DNA of 64,000 nucleotides from Pseudomonadota bacterium (GTDB lineage Archaea; Thermoplasmatota; SW-10-69-26; JACQPN01; JAJPHT01): NCBI GenBank assembly GCA_021325135.1, contig JAJPHT010000015.1, positions 1 to 64,000 of the forward strand, read 5' to 3'. Shown piece by piece: positions 53,836 to 64,000 of this stretch (position 1 is its first letter; each line of letters starts with the position of its first letter). The notes under the pieces were generated by a model. It saw only the letters and a program-made list of their open reading frames with translations, ran no database searches and was not told where the DNA came from. The position numbers and the translations under genes were made by a program.

Positions 53836-54435
53836 ATGCGCCCCTTCGCGCTCCTCGCGCTCGCCGCGCTCCTCCTGGCCGGCTGCCTGCAAGGCTCGAC
53901 CCCCGCGCCTTCCGGCGGCTCCACGACGCCGCCCGCCTCCTCGACCCCGCCCACGTCGACCACTCCGCCCGTCGTGACCGGCGGCGCGGCGGTGCGGCCG
54001 GCCCACGGCAGCAACGCGACGGACAACTTCACGCTGGAAGGGGACGAGAGCGTCTCGCTCATCCTGCCCGGCCAGGACGCCGCGTTCACCTTCGTGGGCA
54101 CCAACGGCGGCGCGAACGCGTCGGCCCTCTTCGCGCCCTGCGACGGCGGCAACCCGCGCATCGATATCGAGGACGCCAACGGCACCGTGCTCGACACCGT
54201 GGGCCCCCACATGCGCTGCATGATCGCCATCAGCTGGCAGCCCTTCGGCGCGGGCGAGCAGCTCTCCACCAACATGACGTGGAACGGCACCGCGTGGGAC
54301 GGCGAGAAGCTCGCCCCCGTGGCGCCCGGCACGTACTATGCCGTGGGGACCTTCGCCGTCAAGCGCGACGCGGGCGAGATCGACGTCACCGTGCGTCTGC
54401 CCATCGGCGTCACCGACAACCGCGGGGCGCTGTAG
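53836..54435 (+). CDS. Lipoprotein with an Ig-like (BsuPI-like) domain
   Basis: LLAGC lipobox, P/T/S linker, GE......W......PGTY. Confidence 0.75.
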   Translation: MRPFALLALAALLLAGCLQGSTPAPSGGSTTPPASSTPPTSTTPPVVTGGAAVRPAHGSNATDNFTLEGDESVSLILPGQDAAFTFVGTNGGANASALFAPCDGGNPRIDIEDANGTVLDTVGPHMRCMIAISWQPFGAGEQLSTNMTWNGTAWDGEKLAPVAPGTYYAVGTFAVKRDAGEIDVTVRLPIGVTDNRGAL

Positions 54436-54444
54436 AAAAGCTGT

Positions 54445-54470
54445 AAAAAAAGAATGGGGGCGTCGCCCCC
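54445..54470 (-). terminator. Hairpin plus U-tract terminator
   Basis: Minus strand gggggcg-a-cgccccc followed by attcttttttt. Confidence 0.55.
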
Positions 54471-54480
54471 CGAGCCCTCT

Positions 54481-54921
54481 TCAGCGCATCATCGCGCCGC
54501 GCTGCCCCATCGTGGGCTCCTTGGCCATGAAGGGGACCGCGAGGAGCACGATGCCCAGGACGAGGTGGAGCCCGTCGTCCATGCCGTTGATGGCGAGGAG
54601 GTTCGCGACCGCGGGGATGAGGCCCGCGAGGAAGACGACGATGTAGACGACGCCCAGGATGATGTTGTACATCCGGGCGTTGGCGCCGCCCGCCATGTAC
54701 GCGCCGATGAGCAGGAAGATGCCGCTGAGCACGTGCACGACGCTGTGCAGGTAGTTGACCTCGAAGATGCCGAGGATCTTGCCCGTGTTCGCGTTGCCGA
54801 CGAAGTCCTGGCTGCCGGTGGAGGTGGTCGTGATGCCGGGGATGAAGCCCAAGACGCCCACGAGGACGAGGACCCAGCCGAGGATCATCGCGAGGAGACG
54901 GTTGTAGTTCGTGTCAGCCAT
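54481..54921 (-). CDS. DUF4383-like four-TM membrane protein
   Basis: VGVLGFIPG...LGIFEVN.LH..VH...N..D..LH. Confidence 0.85.
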   Translation of the reverse strand: MADTNYNRLLAMILGWVLVLVGVLGFIPGITTTSTGSQDFVGNANTGKILGIFEVNYLHSVVHVLSGIFLLIGAYMAGGANARMYNIILGVVYIVVFLAGLIPAVANLLAINGMDDGLHLVLGIVLLAVPFMAKEPTMGQRGAMMR

Positions 54922-55094
54922 CGTTTCAACCCTTGTCGCCCCCGAAGGGGTTGCAAGATCAGACGCCCCGGGGTGCATATAGGAGCCGGGTCGTGCCGAG
55001 CGAAGAGGCGTTCTCCACTGGAAACGAGGCGGCCCGTCGCCCACCTGCCTGATATCCTTTTTGGCCGCTCGCGGCGAACGATCCCGAACGATCG

Positions 55095-55853
55095 CTACCT
55101 CGGCGCCGCCTGCCGGAGGGCGGCCGCCTCGGGCAGGTCGCCTCCGTGGAGCATGAGCCGCTGCACGACCGCCTTCGTGCTCGGCGGGAACTCGGCGCCG
55201 GCCATCCACTCCAGGTAGGTCCGGTCGACGGACGAGACGGGCTTGCCGTGGTGCTGGCCGAAGTTGAACACCACCTCGTGCCGGTCGTTGATGGCGAACT
55301 TCCCCGCGCGGTCGACCTCGCGGGGGGGCTTCGTTAGGCGCACCGCATCCTCCTCGGTGAGTGCGAACGTCTCCCGCAGGCGCGCCCACACGGCGAGCGT
55401 CGCGCGCACGTCCTCCCGCGCCTGGTGCGCGCCCGCGTGCTCCGCGCCCAGCCAGCGCTTCGCGGCGCCCGCGAGCGTGCGCGGCTCCAGCGCGCTCCAC
55501 ACGCGCATGACGTCGATCTCGCGCACGGCGTCGAGGTCGAGCCCGGGCTGCCCCGCGCGGCGAAGCTCCGCGTGGAGCAGCGGCGTGTCGAAGCTGCGCG
55601 AGTTGTAGCCCAGGAGGAGCGCGCCCTGCACCCACGCCTGCACCTGCGGCGCGATCTCCGAGAAGGGCGGCGCCTTCGCCACGTCCTCGTCGCGGATGCC
55701 GTGGATCGCGCTGGCCTCCGCCGGGATGGGCACGCCGGGGTTCACGCGGAAGACGCGGCAGCGGCCTCCCGGCGTCATGAGGCAAAGCTCGACGATGCGG
55801 TCCTTCTCGGGGTTCGTGCCCGTGGACTCGACGTCGAACGCGACGACCTGCAC
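55095..55853 (-). CDS. DEDDh 3'-5' exonuclease (DnaQ-like)
   Basis: FDVESTG, IHGI, GYN...FD, AH.A..D; C-terminal FG.H.G..V......YL.W. Confidence 0.92.
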   Translation of the reverse strand: MQVVAFDVESTGTNPEKDRIVELCLMTPGGRCRVFRVNPGVPIPAEASAIHGIRDEDVAKAPPFSEIAPQVQAWVQGALLLGYNSRSFDTPLLHAELRRAGQPGLDLDAVREIDVMRVWSALEPRTLAGAAKRWLGAEHAGAHQAREDVRATLAVWARLRETFALTEEDAVRLTKPPREVDRAGKFAINDRHEVVFNFGQHHGKPVSSVDRTYLEWMAGAEFPPSTKAVVQRLMLHGGDLPEAAALRQAAPR

Positions 55854-55909
55854 GCGCCCTGACGCGCCTCGCCGGAGGATAATCCCTCGGCGGGCGCTTC
55901 AGGTGGAGC

Positions 55910-57307
<1,398 letters not shown>

Positions 57308-57356
57308 CGCTCGGGCGATTCCGGGAGCGGTACTTGAAGGCGACCGCTGCCCGGCC

Positions 57357-58283
57357 TCACCGGCGCCGGCCCAGGACCGCCGCCGTGCCCGCGAGCGCCA
57401 CGAGCGCGCCCCACACCTGGTTGAAGCCGGGCGAGTCGTGGAGCGCCTGGTCGCCGTCGAACACGGCGTCCACCTTGATGGAGTAGGGCAGCCCCTCGGG
57501 CGCGACGTAAGCGGTTCCCGTGCCGGCGCCCGCGTAGAGCGAGCCCGCGTGCTGCCAGCGGTGCAGGTCGGAGAGCGTGAGGGCCATGGTCTCCTGGTAG
57601 TGGCCCGGCGGAAGCTGGAGGGCGCCGGAGTCCTGCACGAGGTCGGGCTGGTCCGTGTGCTGGCCCATGCCGATGCCCAGGTCGCCCGCGGCGGTGAGGG
57701 TGTTCTCCCAGCCCAGCGAGACGTTGAGCAGGACCACCCTGGCCGCGTAGCCGCGCCGCGCCTCGGCGTCGCGGCCGAACTGGAGCGTGTGCGGGTCCCA
57801 GCGGAAGTCGTCCGCGCCCTCGCGCTGGAGCGAGGCGGCCGCGGGCGCCAGCGTGCCGTTGATCCACAGCGTGACGTGCGACCGGTAGAGCGGCATCTCA
57901 ATCTGCGAGGCGTCGCCGTCCCCTCCCACGGGCACGTCGCGCTTCGTCTCCTGCGTGAAGCCTTCGAGGCTCGCGACGACGCGCGCCTCGGAGCCGGGCG
58001 CCACGCGCGCCTCGGCGACGCCGTCCGCGTCGGTGGAGAGCATGAGGGCGTCGTGGCTCTCGTCGCCCCACCAGGTGGACGACGTGGTGGTGACGGTCAC
58101 GACGGCGCCCGCCAGCGGGGGGCCGTGGGGCTCGTCGGTCACGTGCACGCGCAGCAGCGCCGAGCCGTCTCCGGCGGACGTGGGCGGCGCGCTTGCCTCC
58201 GAGACGGAGCCGGGCGAGGGGGTGATGCAGCCCGCCGCGAGGGCGGCGAGGACGAGGGCCAGGGCGAGAATGCCTCCGCGCAT
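57357..58283 (-). CDS. Lipoprotein with a PGF-CTERM-like tail
   Basis: LAAGC lipobox; carboxypeptidase-regulatory-like PL.GA.V...TD.DG; SPGF-hydrophobic-RRR end. Confidence 0.8.
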   Translation of the reverse strand: MRGGILALALVLAALAAGCITPSPGSVSEASAPPTSAGDGSALLRVHVTDEPHGPPLAGAVVTVTTTSSTWWGDESHDALMLSTDADGVAEARVAPGSEARVVASLEGFTQETKRDVPVGGDGDASQIEMPLYRSHVTLWINGTLAPAAASLQREGADDFRWDPHTLQFGRDAEARRGYAARVVLLNVSLGWENTLTAAGDLGIGMGQHTDQPDLVQDSGALQLPPGHYQETMALTLSDLHRWQHAGSLYAGAGTGTAYVAPEGLPYSIKVDAVFDGDQALHDSPGFNQVWGALVALAGTAAVLGRRR

Positions 58284-58307
58284 GCGGCCTCGACGCGCGC
58301 AGGGGGG

Positions 58308-58958
58308 CTAATGCCCATCGGGGAAGGTTCCAATCCCGAAGCCCGAGGGGTGCTCGGGGCCCATCACGAAGCGGAACTCGGCGGCCCCCGCGACGTGCGA
58401 GTAGTAGACGATCTCGTCCAGCGTCACGACGGTCCCGGCCGGAAGCTCGGTGGCGTTGCGGACCGGGATCGTGGCCGTGAACTTGGCGGTCTCCCCGGCG
58501 AGGATCACGTCGGGCCCCTCGGCCTGCCCATCGAAGGTGAGGTTGCCCAGCGCGATCTGCACGTCCATCTGGTGGAAGCCGGTGGCGGGCAGGTTCCGGC
58601 CCGACGCGCTGGCGCTGGTGGCCTGCACGTAGAGCACGACGTGAAGCTCCTTCTCCAGCCGGGCCGGCGCGGCCAGTGCCCCCTTCCACGTGGGATAGCC
58701 GGGGGTGGACGGGCTGTTCGCCGGCGTCGTGAGGGGCACGCTCCCTTCGGTGGAGGGTGGCGCGCCGCGCAGCGAGAGGTCCGGCTGGAGGTGGAGGCGC
58801 AGCGGCGCGGCCGGCGGCGCGGGCGCGGTGGCCGTGGCGTTGACCACGGCGGCGGGCGCGACGGGCGTGGGGCTCGCGGGCGCGGGTGGAGGCGAGCCGG
58901 CGCACCCCGCGAGCAGGAGCGCCACGAGCAGAAGGGGGCCGGCGCGCACCGGGCTCAC
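58308..58958 (-). CDS. Lipoprotein
   Basis: LLAGC lipobox, Pro/Ala linker. Confidence 0.75.
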   Translation of the reverse strand: MSPVRAGPLLLVALLLAGCAGSPPPAPASPTPVAPAAVVNATATAPAPPAAPLRLHLQPDLSLRGAPPSTEGSVPLTTPANSPSTPGYPTWKGALAAPARLEKELHVVLYVQATSASASGRNLPATGFHQMDVQIALGNLTFDGQAEGPDVILAGETAKFTATIPVRNATELPAGTVVTLDEIVYYSHVAGAAEFRFVMGPEHPSGFGIGTFPDGH

Positions 58959-59887
58959 CTCGCCTCGACGCGGACGTCGCCCGTGGAGGTCTCCGCCGTC
59001 ACGACCGCCTGCGTCGGCTTCGCGGAGTAGCCCGCGGAGCGCGCGTGGACGTGCCCGCCCACGTCGTCGTGGCTGCGCTCGTTGACCTCCGTGGGCCCAA
59101 GGTCCACGCTCGCGTCGCCCGTCGAGGTGTCGGCCGTGGCGTCATAGCCCACGTCGGCGCGCGTGGGGAGCCGCAGGGTGATATCACCCGTGGCGGACCT
59201 GAGGCTCAGGTTCCCCGGCTGCACCGAGGCGAGGGTCGCGCGCACGTCGCCCGTCGACGTGGCCGCCTTCAGGTCGCCCGCGAGGTCGAGGTCGGTGAGC
59301 GTGACGTCGCCCGTGGTCGAGCCCGCGGTGAGGTTCCCCACGAGCAGGCGCTCCAGGGCCACGTCGCCCACGTCGCTCTCCAAGCGGGCGTCGAACGCCC
59401 CGCTTGACGAGGGCAGCTCGACGCGCACGTCCGCGCTGGCGCTGCTCTCGCCGAAGAGGGAGACGGACTTGCCCACCGTCGCCTGCCATGCGCCCAGGCG
59501 CGCGTCCGCGAGCGCGAGGCCCACCTCGGTGCGCTGCGCCGCGTCGGCCGAGCGCGCGGTGATGGTGAACACGACGTGCGCGCGGCCGTCCGTCGAGGGC
59601 GAGACGGCGACGTCGCCCACCACGGCGCAGGCGTCCAGGAAGCCCACGGTGGCGTTGGCGGGCAGGTCGTAGGTGATGACGCGCGAGGTCCGGCCCCCGA
59701 GGGCGCGCGCCGTCTCGGAGGAGGGCGCCAGGGCGTGCCCCGCCGCGAAGGAGGGTGCGGAGCAGCCGGGATCGGCGCGCGCGCCCAGGGTGGAGCGGCC
59801 CACCGCGTAGGCGCCGGCGCCCGCGAGGAGGACGAGGGCGGCGAGGGCGACCGCGACGATGAACGGCTTCGATCCCACGAATCCCAT
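58955..59887 (-). CDS. DUF4097-like beta-strand repeat membrane-anchored protein
   Basis: N-terminal TM; repeated [ST]xxGD[VI] units. Confidence 0.8.
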   Translation of the reverse strand: MGFVGSKPFIVAVALAALVLLAGAGAYAVGRSTLGARADPGCSAPSFAAGHALAPSSETARALGGRTSRVITYDLPANATVGFLDACAVVGDVAVSPSTDGRAHVVFTITARSADAAQRTEVGLALADARLGAWQATVGKSVSLFGESSASADVRVELPSSSGAFDARLESDVGDVALERLLVGNLTAGSTTGDVTLTDLDLAGDLKAATSTGDVRATLASVQPGNLSLRSATGDITLRLPTRADVGYDATADTSTGDASVDLGPTEVNERSHDDVGGHVHARSAGYSAKPTQAVVTAETSTGDVRVEAR

Positions 59888-59891
59888 GATA

Positions 59892-60149
59892 TCAGCCCCG
59901 CAGGCCGCGCCGGAGCGTGTCGCGCGTGGCCTCCAGCGTGAGGCGCGACTGCGCGAGGAGGCGCGCCGTCTCGGTGTTCAGGCGCTCCAGCTCGTCGGCG
60001 GGGTCGGGCCCCGGAGGAGGGCGATGCGCGGCCTGGGCGCGGGCCTCCCGCGCGCGCCACGCCTCGAAGCCGATCCAGACGGCAAGGGCGGCGACCCCGA
60101 GGAAGGGGAGCATGAAGAGGAGGAAGTCGGCGACGTCGGCCGCGTCCAC
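59892..60149 (-). CDS. Small single-TM coiled-coil protein
   Basis: TM plus helix; in the ArsR operon. Confidence 0.6.
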   Translation of the reverse strand: MDAADVADFLLFMLPFLGVAALAVWIGFEAWRAREARAQAAHRPPPGPDPADELERLNTETARLLAQSRLTLEATRDTLRRGLRG

Positions 60150-60152
60150 GGC

Positions 60153-60380
60153 TCACACCTCCCGCAGCAGGCGCTCGATCTCCTTGAGCGTCGCGTTCAT
60201 GCGCTGGACCTCGTCGAGGACGAGCCGCTGCCCCCGCACGGCCTCCTCGGCGAGCTTGCGGTACTCTCCGCCGCCACCGGCCTCCACCTTGAGGCGCTCG
60301 TGGCGGTAGTAGAAGAGCATGCCGATGATCGCGACGATCATGCCGAAGGCGGCGATGGGGATCCAGAGGGGGTCCACCAT
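60153..60380 (-). CDS. Small single-TM coiled-coil protein
   Basis: TM then EYRKLAE...LKEIERLLREV. Confidence 0.7.
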   Translation of the reverse strand: MVDPLWIPIAAFGMIVAIIGMLFYYRHERLKVEAGGGGEYRKLAEEAVRGQRLVLDEVQRMNATLKEIERLLREV

Positions 60381-60683
60381 TCAATCGCCCCCGCGCTTGA
60401 GGGCGGCCGCGATGGTGTCAGGCGTCAGTCGGATGTCGAAGTCGGCGATCTCGTAGTACTTCATGGCTTTCCCGTCCGGTGAGAGTTCCAGGGCGCCCTG
60501 CACGAGCCCGGCCGCCTCCAGCTTCTCCAGGTGCATGTAGAGGAGCGGGCGGCTCAGGCCCAGTTGGCGCGCCAGCTCGCTGACGTAGTTGCGGTCCCGG
60601 GTGAGCGCCGCCACGATGCGCAGGCGGTGCGGGTTGCCCAGGGCGTCGGCCACGGCCAGCAGGCGTTCGGAGTCGAGCTTCAT
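60381..60683 (-). CDS. ArsR family winged-helix regulator
   Basis: ALGNPHRLRI...YVSELARQLGLSRPLLYMHL..LE.AGLV. Confidence 0.92.
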   Translation of the reverse strand: MKLDSERLLAVADALGNPHRLRIVAALTRDRNYVSELARQLGLSRPLLYMHLEKLEAAGLVQGALELSPDGKAMKYYEIADFDIRLTPDTIAAALKRGGD

Positions 60684-60717
60684 GGAGAGGGCTCCCCTGT
60701 CACACAGGGCTTTCTCG

Positions 60718-60735
60718 TGTCAGAAAGAACTGACA
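60718..60735. promoter_or_regulatory. Putative ArsR operator
   Basis: TGTCAG-N6-CTGACA palindrome 35 bp upstream of the regulator start. Confidence 0.6.
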
Positions 60736-60785
60736 GGTGATAGAAGTAAGTATCGACGGTGGGACGGGACGACGGAAAAAGCCGC

Positions 60786-61211
60786 TCAGTTGCGGCAGCC
60801 GGAGGCGGGGGGCGCGGTCATGGCGGCCCCGTTCGAGCCGTCCAGGGTGAACGTCGCGAGGCCCACCGTCCCGTCGGGGCAGGCCCGGGTGTCGACGCGC
60901 GCGCTGCCGGTGGCCTGCGCCTGCCCCTGGGAGAACGAGCCGCGCACCTCGTAGACGCCGGAGTTGAGGTTCACGACGGTCTTGTCCACGCTGCTGTGGG
61001 CGGGGACCTTGAACGTCGTGCCCACGACGAAACCGCCCCCGGCGTCGCGCACGTCGATGCGCGCGTCGAGGTCGCCGGAGCCCGAGTTCTCGACGTGGAC
61101 CATGACGACGGCCTTGGGGCCCGTGGGCGAGAAGGGCGAGCCCACGGCGAACGCGCCGACGATGGCGCCGGCGACGAACGCCGCGGCGGTGAGCACGACG
61201 AGCCGGTTCAA
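60786..61211 (-). CDS. Membrane-anchored or secreted hypothetical protein
   Basis: N-terminal hydrophobic helix, beta-rich body. Confidence 0.65.
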   Translation of the reverse strand: MNRLVVLTAAAFVAGAIVGAFAVGSPFSPTGPKAVVMVHVENSGSGDLDARIDVRDAGGGFVVGTTFKVPAHSSVDKTVVNLNSGVYEVRGSFSQGQAQATGSARVDTRACPDGTVGLATFTLDGSNGAAMTAPPASGCRN

Positions 61212-61261
61212 GCGCGGCGGCAGAAGGACGCCAGGTCAAGGCGCTTTCGGCAGCGACCTCG

Positions 61262-62959
61262 TCACGCCGAGTCGACGCCCACGCCGCCCTCGCCGTCCGC
61301 CCACTGGCTCCCGTCGGCGCGGGCGCCCACGAGGGGCGGGGTCGTCGAGTAGACGTCGTGCCCCGCGTCGTCCAGCAGCGCGCCCAGGCCGCCCACGCCG
61401 TAGCCCTGCGCGAAGCCGTCCGCGACGTAGGTGTCCTCGCCCGCGGCGTCGTGGAGGATGCCCACGGCGGGGCCCGGGGGCGCCGCGATGGCGTAGGCCC
61501 CGCCCTGGCCCGTGGCCACGGGGAAGAGGCCCAGCTGCGGCTCGACGATGGAGGGCCCCATGGCGTAGGAGTCGTCGCCGGACTCCTCGTCCAGGAGGCA
61601 GAACGCGCCGACGCCCGCCTCGCCCTGGCCGCCCTGGCGGATGTGCGGGCCCATGAAGTACGAGTCGTTCCCGCCCTGCTCGACGAGGATCGCCGTGCCG
61701 TCGGCCTCGGCGGACACCTGCACGGGGCCGGCGAACGTGCCCTCGTCGGTGCCCAGGAGCGTGACGGGCACCTCGTTGGAGACGTAGCGGTCGGAGCCGC
61801 CGCGCTCCAGCAGGAGGCCGAACCCTTCCGCGCCGCCGTAGACGAAGCCGTCGAGCCCGTCCTGGCGGTAGAAGTCGTTGCCCCCCTCGTCCACGAGGAT
61901 GCCGACCCCGCCCACGGCGGAGGCCTTGGTGCCGATGCTGCCCTGGCTGCCGTTGAGGTCGGAGACGACGGGCCCCGTGGGGCTGACGTAGGTGTCGTTG
62001 TCCGCGCCCGCGTCGTAGAGAAGGCCGAAGCCCGCGTTGCCCGAGCCCTGCGCGAACTGCGACGCGTTGCGGTAGTCGCTGCCGCCGTCATCGTAGAGGA
62101 TGCCGGCCGCCGCGAGCCCCGCGCCCTGCGCGACCGCGGGGGCGTAATAATAGTCGGAGCCCGCGCCGAAGTCCATGGCCAAGGCGGGGATCGCGGAGCC
62201 GCCGCCCGCGTTGTCCAGGTACGTGTCGTTGCCACCGTTGTCGATCTGGATCGCGTAGGTGTCGGTGTAGGTGTCGTCGCACGCGCCGCCCACGACGATG
62301 AAGGGCAGGTCCAGCATGCGGTCGCACGAGGCGGGCGCGGCGGGCGCGGAGAAGGAGGAGGCGGCGTCGGCCAGCGAGACGGCGGCGTCCGCGAGGGCCG
62401 CGCGGTCGACGCGCGAGAGGGCCGCCATGCGCTCGTCGTGGAGCGCGCGCATCTGCGGCGTCACGGCGGCGCCGCTGTCCACCTGGCTCACCAGGAGCGA
62501 GGTCAGCGCGGGGTTCTGGAGGAGCAGCGCGCGGTCCGCGGGGGCGAGGATGCGCTGGTCCGCGAGGGCGGAGGCCGTCGTCGCGTCGACGAGGGGCAGC
62601 AGCGCGGCGCGCCACTCCGGGGAGAGGGCGGCCGTCTGCGTCGCGACGCGGGCGCGCAGCGCGGCGTCGACGGGCTGGCCGATGGCCCCGTAGAGCGAGA
62701 GGATCGCCGCGTCCAGCGAAGGCGAGCGGGGGAGCGCCGGGTGCGCGTCGGGGTAGCCCGCGCGCAGGAGCGCCGCGTGCGTCACGGCGGCGATGCCCGC
62801 CTGGCCCGTGGGGAGCGAGGCGAAGGGCGCGGCCGCCGCGGAGGCGAGGGCGCGTGCCTCGGCCACCTTGGAGGGCGCCGGCGCCAGCCGGAGCGCCCCC
62901 GCGGGGGCGGCGAGGAGCAGGAGCGTGACGAGGAGCAGGCTGCGCGCGGCAAGGGACAC
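61262..62959 (-). CDS. Secreted DxxG[ND]DxY repeat protein, paralog of 16349-18187
   Basis: Signal peptide; DNGGNDTY, DDGGSDYR, DEGGNDFY, EQGGNDSY, DAAGEDTY and others. Confidence 0.8.
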   Translation of the reverse strand: MSLAARSLLLVTLLLLAAPAGALRLAPAPSKVAEARALASAAAAPFASLPTGQAGIAAVTHAALLRAGYPDAHPALPRSPSLDAAILSLYGAIGQPVDAALRARVATQTAALSPEWRAALLPLVDATTASALADQRILAPADRALLLQNPALTSLLVSQVDSGAAVTPQMRALHDERMAALSRVDRAALADAAVSLADAASSFSAPAAPASCDRMLDLPFIVVGGACDDTYTDTYAIQIDNGGNDTYLDNAGGGSAIPALAMDFGAGSDYYYAPAVAQGAGLAAAGILYDDGGSDYRNASQFAQGSGNAGFGLLYDAGADNDTYVSPTGPVVSDLNGSQGSIGTKASAVGGVGILVDEGGNDFYRQDGLDGFVYGGAEGFGLLLERGGSDRYVSNEVPVTLLGTDEGTFAGPVQVSAEADGTAILVEQGGNDSYFMGPHIRQGGQGEAGVGAFCLLDEESGDDSYAMGPSIVEPQLGLFPVATGQGGAYAIAAPPGPAVGILHDAAGEDTYVADGFAQGYGVGGLGALLDDAGHDVYSTTPPLVGARADGSQWADGEGGVGVDSA

Positions 62960-63035
62960 GGGGGTGTGGCCTCCCGGCGGCCCATGGCCCGGGAGACGAG
63001 AGAGCGTTGTCCCCGTCCCCGCAGGGGGCGACACC

Positions 63036-63590
63036 TCAGTAGTGATACGCTTTCCCGACGTCGTCCGCCGAGAGCCCGAGCCCGCTGGCGACGCGGTTGG
63101 CGAAGTTGAAGTACGCCACGATGAGGGTCACGTCCAGGATCGCCCGCTCGTCGAGCCCCTGCTTGCGGAGCTTGTCGACGTCCGCCTGCGCGACCTTGCC
63201 CGGATTCTTCGTGAGCAGCATCGCGTGGTCCGCGATGGCGCGCTCGCGCGGGGAGAGGGGCGCCTTGGTGTAGTCCGTCGAGACGAGCGCCTGGAGGCCG
63301 GGCTCCGTGGCGTGGCGGCCGAAGGCGTCGGCGTGGTGCGCGAGGCAGTAGCCGCAGCCGTTCGCCCGCGAGACGACGGTGGCGATGAGCTCCCGCTCGC
63401 GCCGCGAGAGGGGCCCCTCGGCGAAGTGGAGCTCCTGGTAGAGCGCGAGGTGCGCGCCCGGGACGTGCGGGTGCTGCCCGGTGACGGTGAAGATGTCGCC
63501 CACCGCGCCGCGCTCCTTCTCGATGCGCGCGTACTCCTCGTGGAGCGCGCCCTTGGCGTCCTGGGGGTCCACCTTGCGGATGAAGGCCAT
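63036..63590 (-). CDS. AhpD/CMD peroxidase-related enzyme
   Basis: LSRRERELIATVVS..NGCGYCLAHH, FNFANR. Confidence 0.92.
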   Translation of the reverse strand: MAFIRKVDPQDAKGALHEEYARIEKERGAVGDIFTVTGQHPHVPGAHLALYQELHFAEGPLSRRERELIATVVSRANGCGYCLAHHADAFGRHATEPGLQALVSTDYTKAPLSPRERAIADHAMLLTKNPGKVAQADVDKLRKQGLDERAILDVTLIVAYFNFANRVASGLGLSADDVGKAYHY

Positions 63591-63793
63591 GCCCGCGCAT
63601 TCCCTGGACCCGGACTTAAGCGTGGGGGTCCCTGGATGGGATCGCTTCCGGCCCTTGGAGGCCCCCGGCTGGGCGCGCGGCGAGGCGCGCCGATGCTGGA
63701 GAATAACTGTGACGCGCGACGGTAACTGTTATCTTCACCGACGGCTCTGCCCCCTGGGGGCGTCCCCGCCGTTCCCAAGCGAATGGTGAATCG

Positions 63794-64000
63794 ATGCAGT
63801 CCAGACTCGTCATCCGACTCGTGGCCGGCGCCCTCCTCCTCACGCTGGGGGGCGCGCCCGCGCAGGCGGCCCTCGCCTACACGCCCTGCCTCTCCTACCT
63901 CGACCAGAGCATCGCGCCCCGCGCGGCGTCCTCGCAGTCGTGCTCGGTGTCGCCAGGCGACCCCCTTGCCGACTCCCGCGACGGCGCCCCGCCCGGCGAG
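63794..64000 (+). CDS. Secreted protein, 3'-truncated by the window edge
   Basis: GGTGA RBS; MQSRLVIRLVAGALLLTLGGAPAQAA signal peptide; frame open to the end. Confidence 0.6.
   Translation, partial: MQSRLVIRLVAGALLLTLGGAPAQAALAYTPCLSYLDQSIAPRAASSQSCSVSPGDPLADSRDGAPPGE

Overview
Very GC-rich archaeal chromosomal segment with no CRISPR array, rRNA or transposase. Archaeal markers are S19e, L39e, L31e, aIF6, Rpp21, archaeal Adk/Cmk, archaellins and an alpha2-type EndA; a high-GC Thermoplasmatota-like lineage is my inference. Housekeeping content: adk-EMC3/DUF106-cmk, thrC, the rps19e-PDCD5-rpl39e-rpl31e-eif6 operon, rnp4-yhbY, tRNA-Ser(GGA), three archaellins, tmk, purC, purS-purL-purQ, endA, fumC and an ABC-2 exporter. 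Most notable: (1) the window opens inside a Pup-ligase/depupylase (PafA/Dop family) gene, unexpected in an archaeon and altered at the SQRA and RPIIN motifs; (2) a convergent pair of a multi-TM Hanks-type Ser/Thr kinase and an HTH-FHA regulator; (3) a ~1010-aa extracellular sensor-TM-double wHTH protein; (4) a surface-protein cassette with a 2181-aa Ig-like protein, bracketed by two paralogous VapBC loci; (5) several non-coding structures: a 3-copy REP/MITE-like element, hairpins built from 8- and 9-nt periodic repeats, a perfect 25-bp inverted repeat, a structured rps19e leader and a candidate sRNA after endA. All family calls come from reading motifs by eye, not from database searches. A few apparent single-base frameshifts may be assembly errors.
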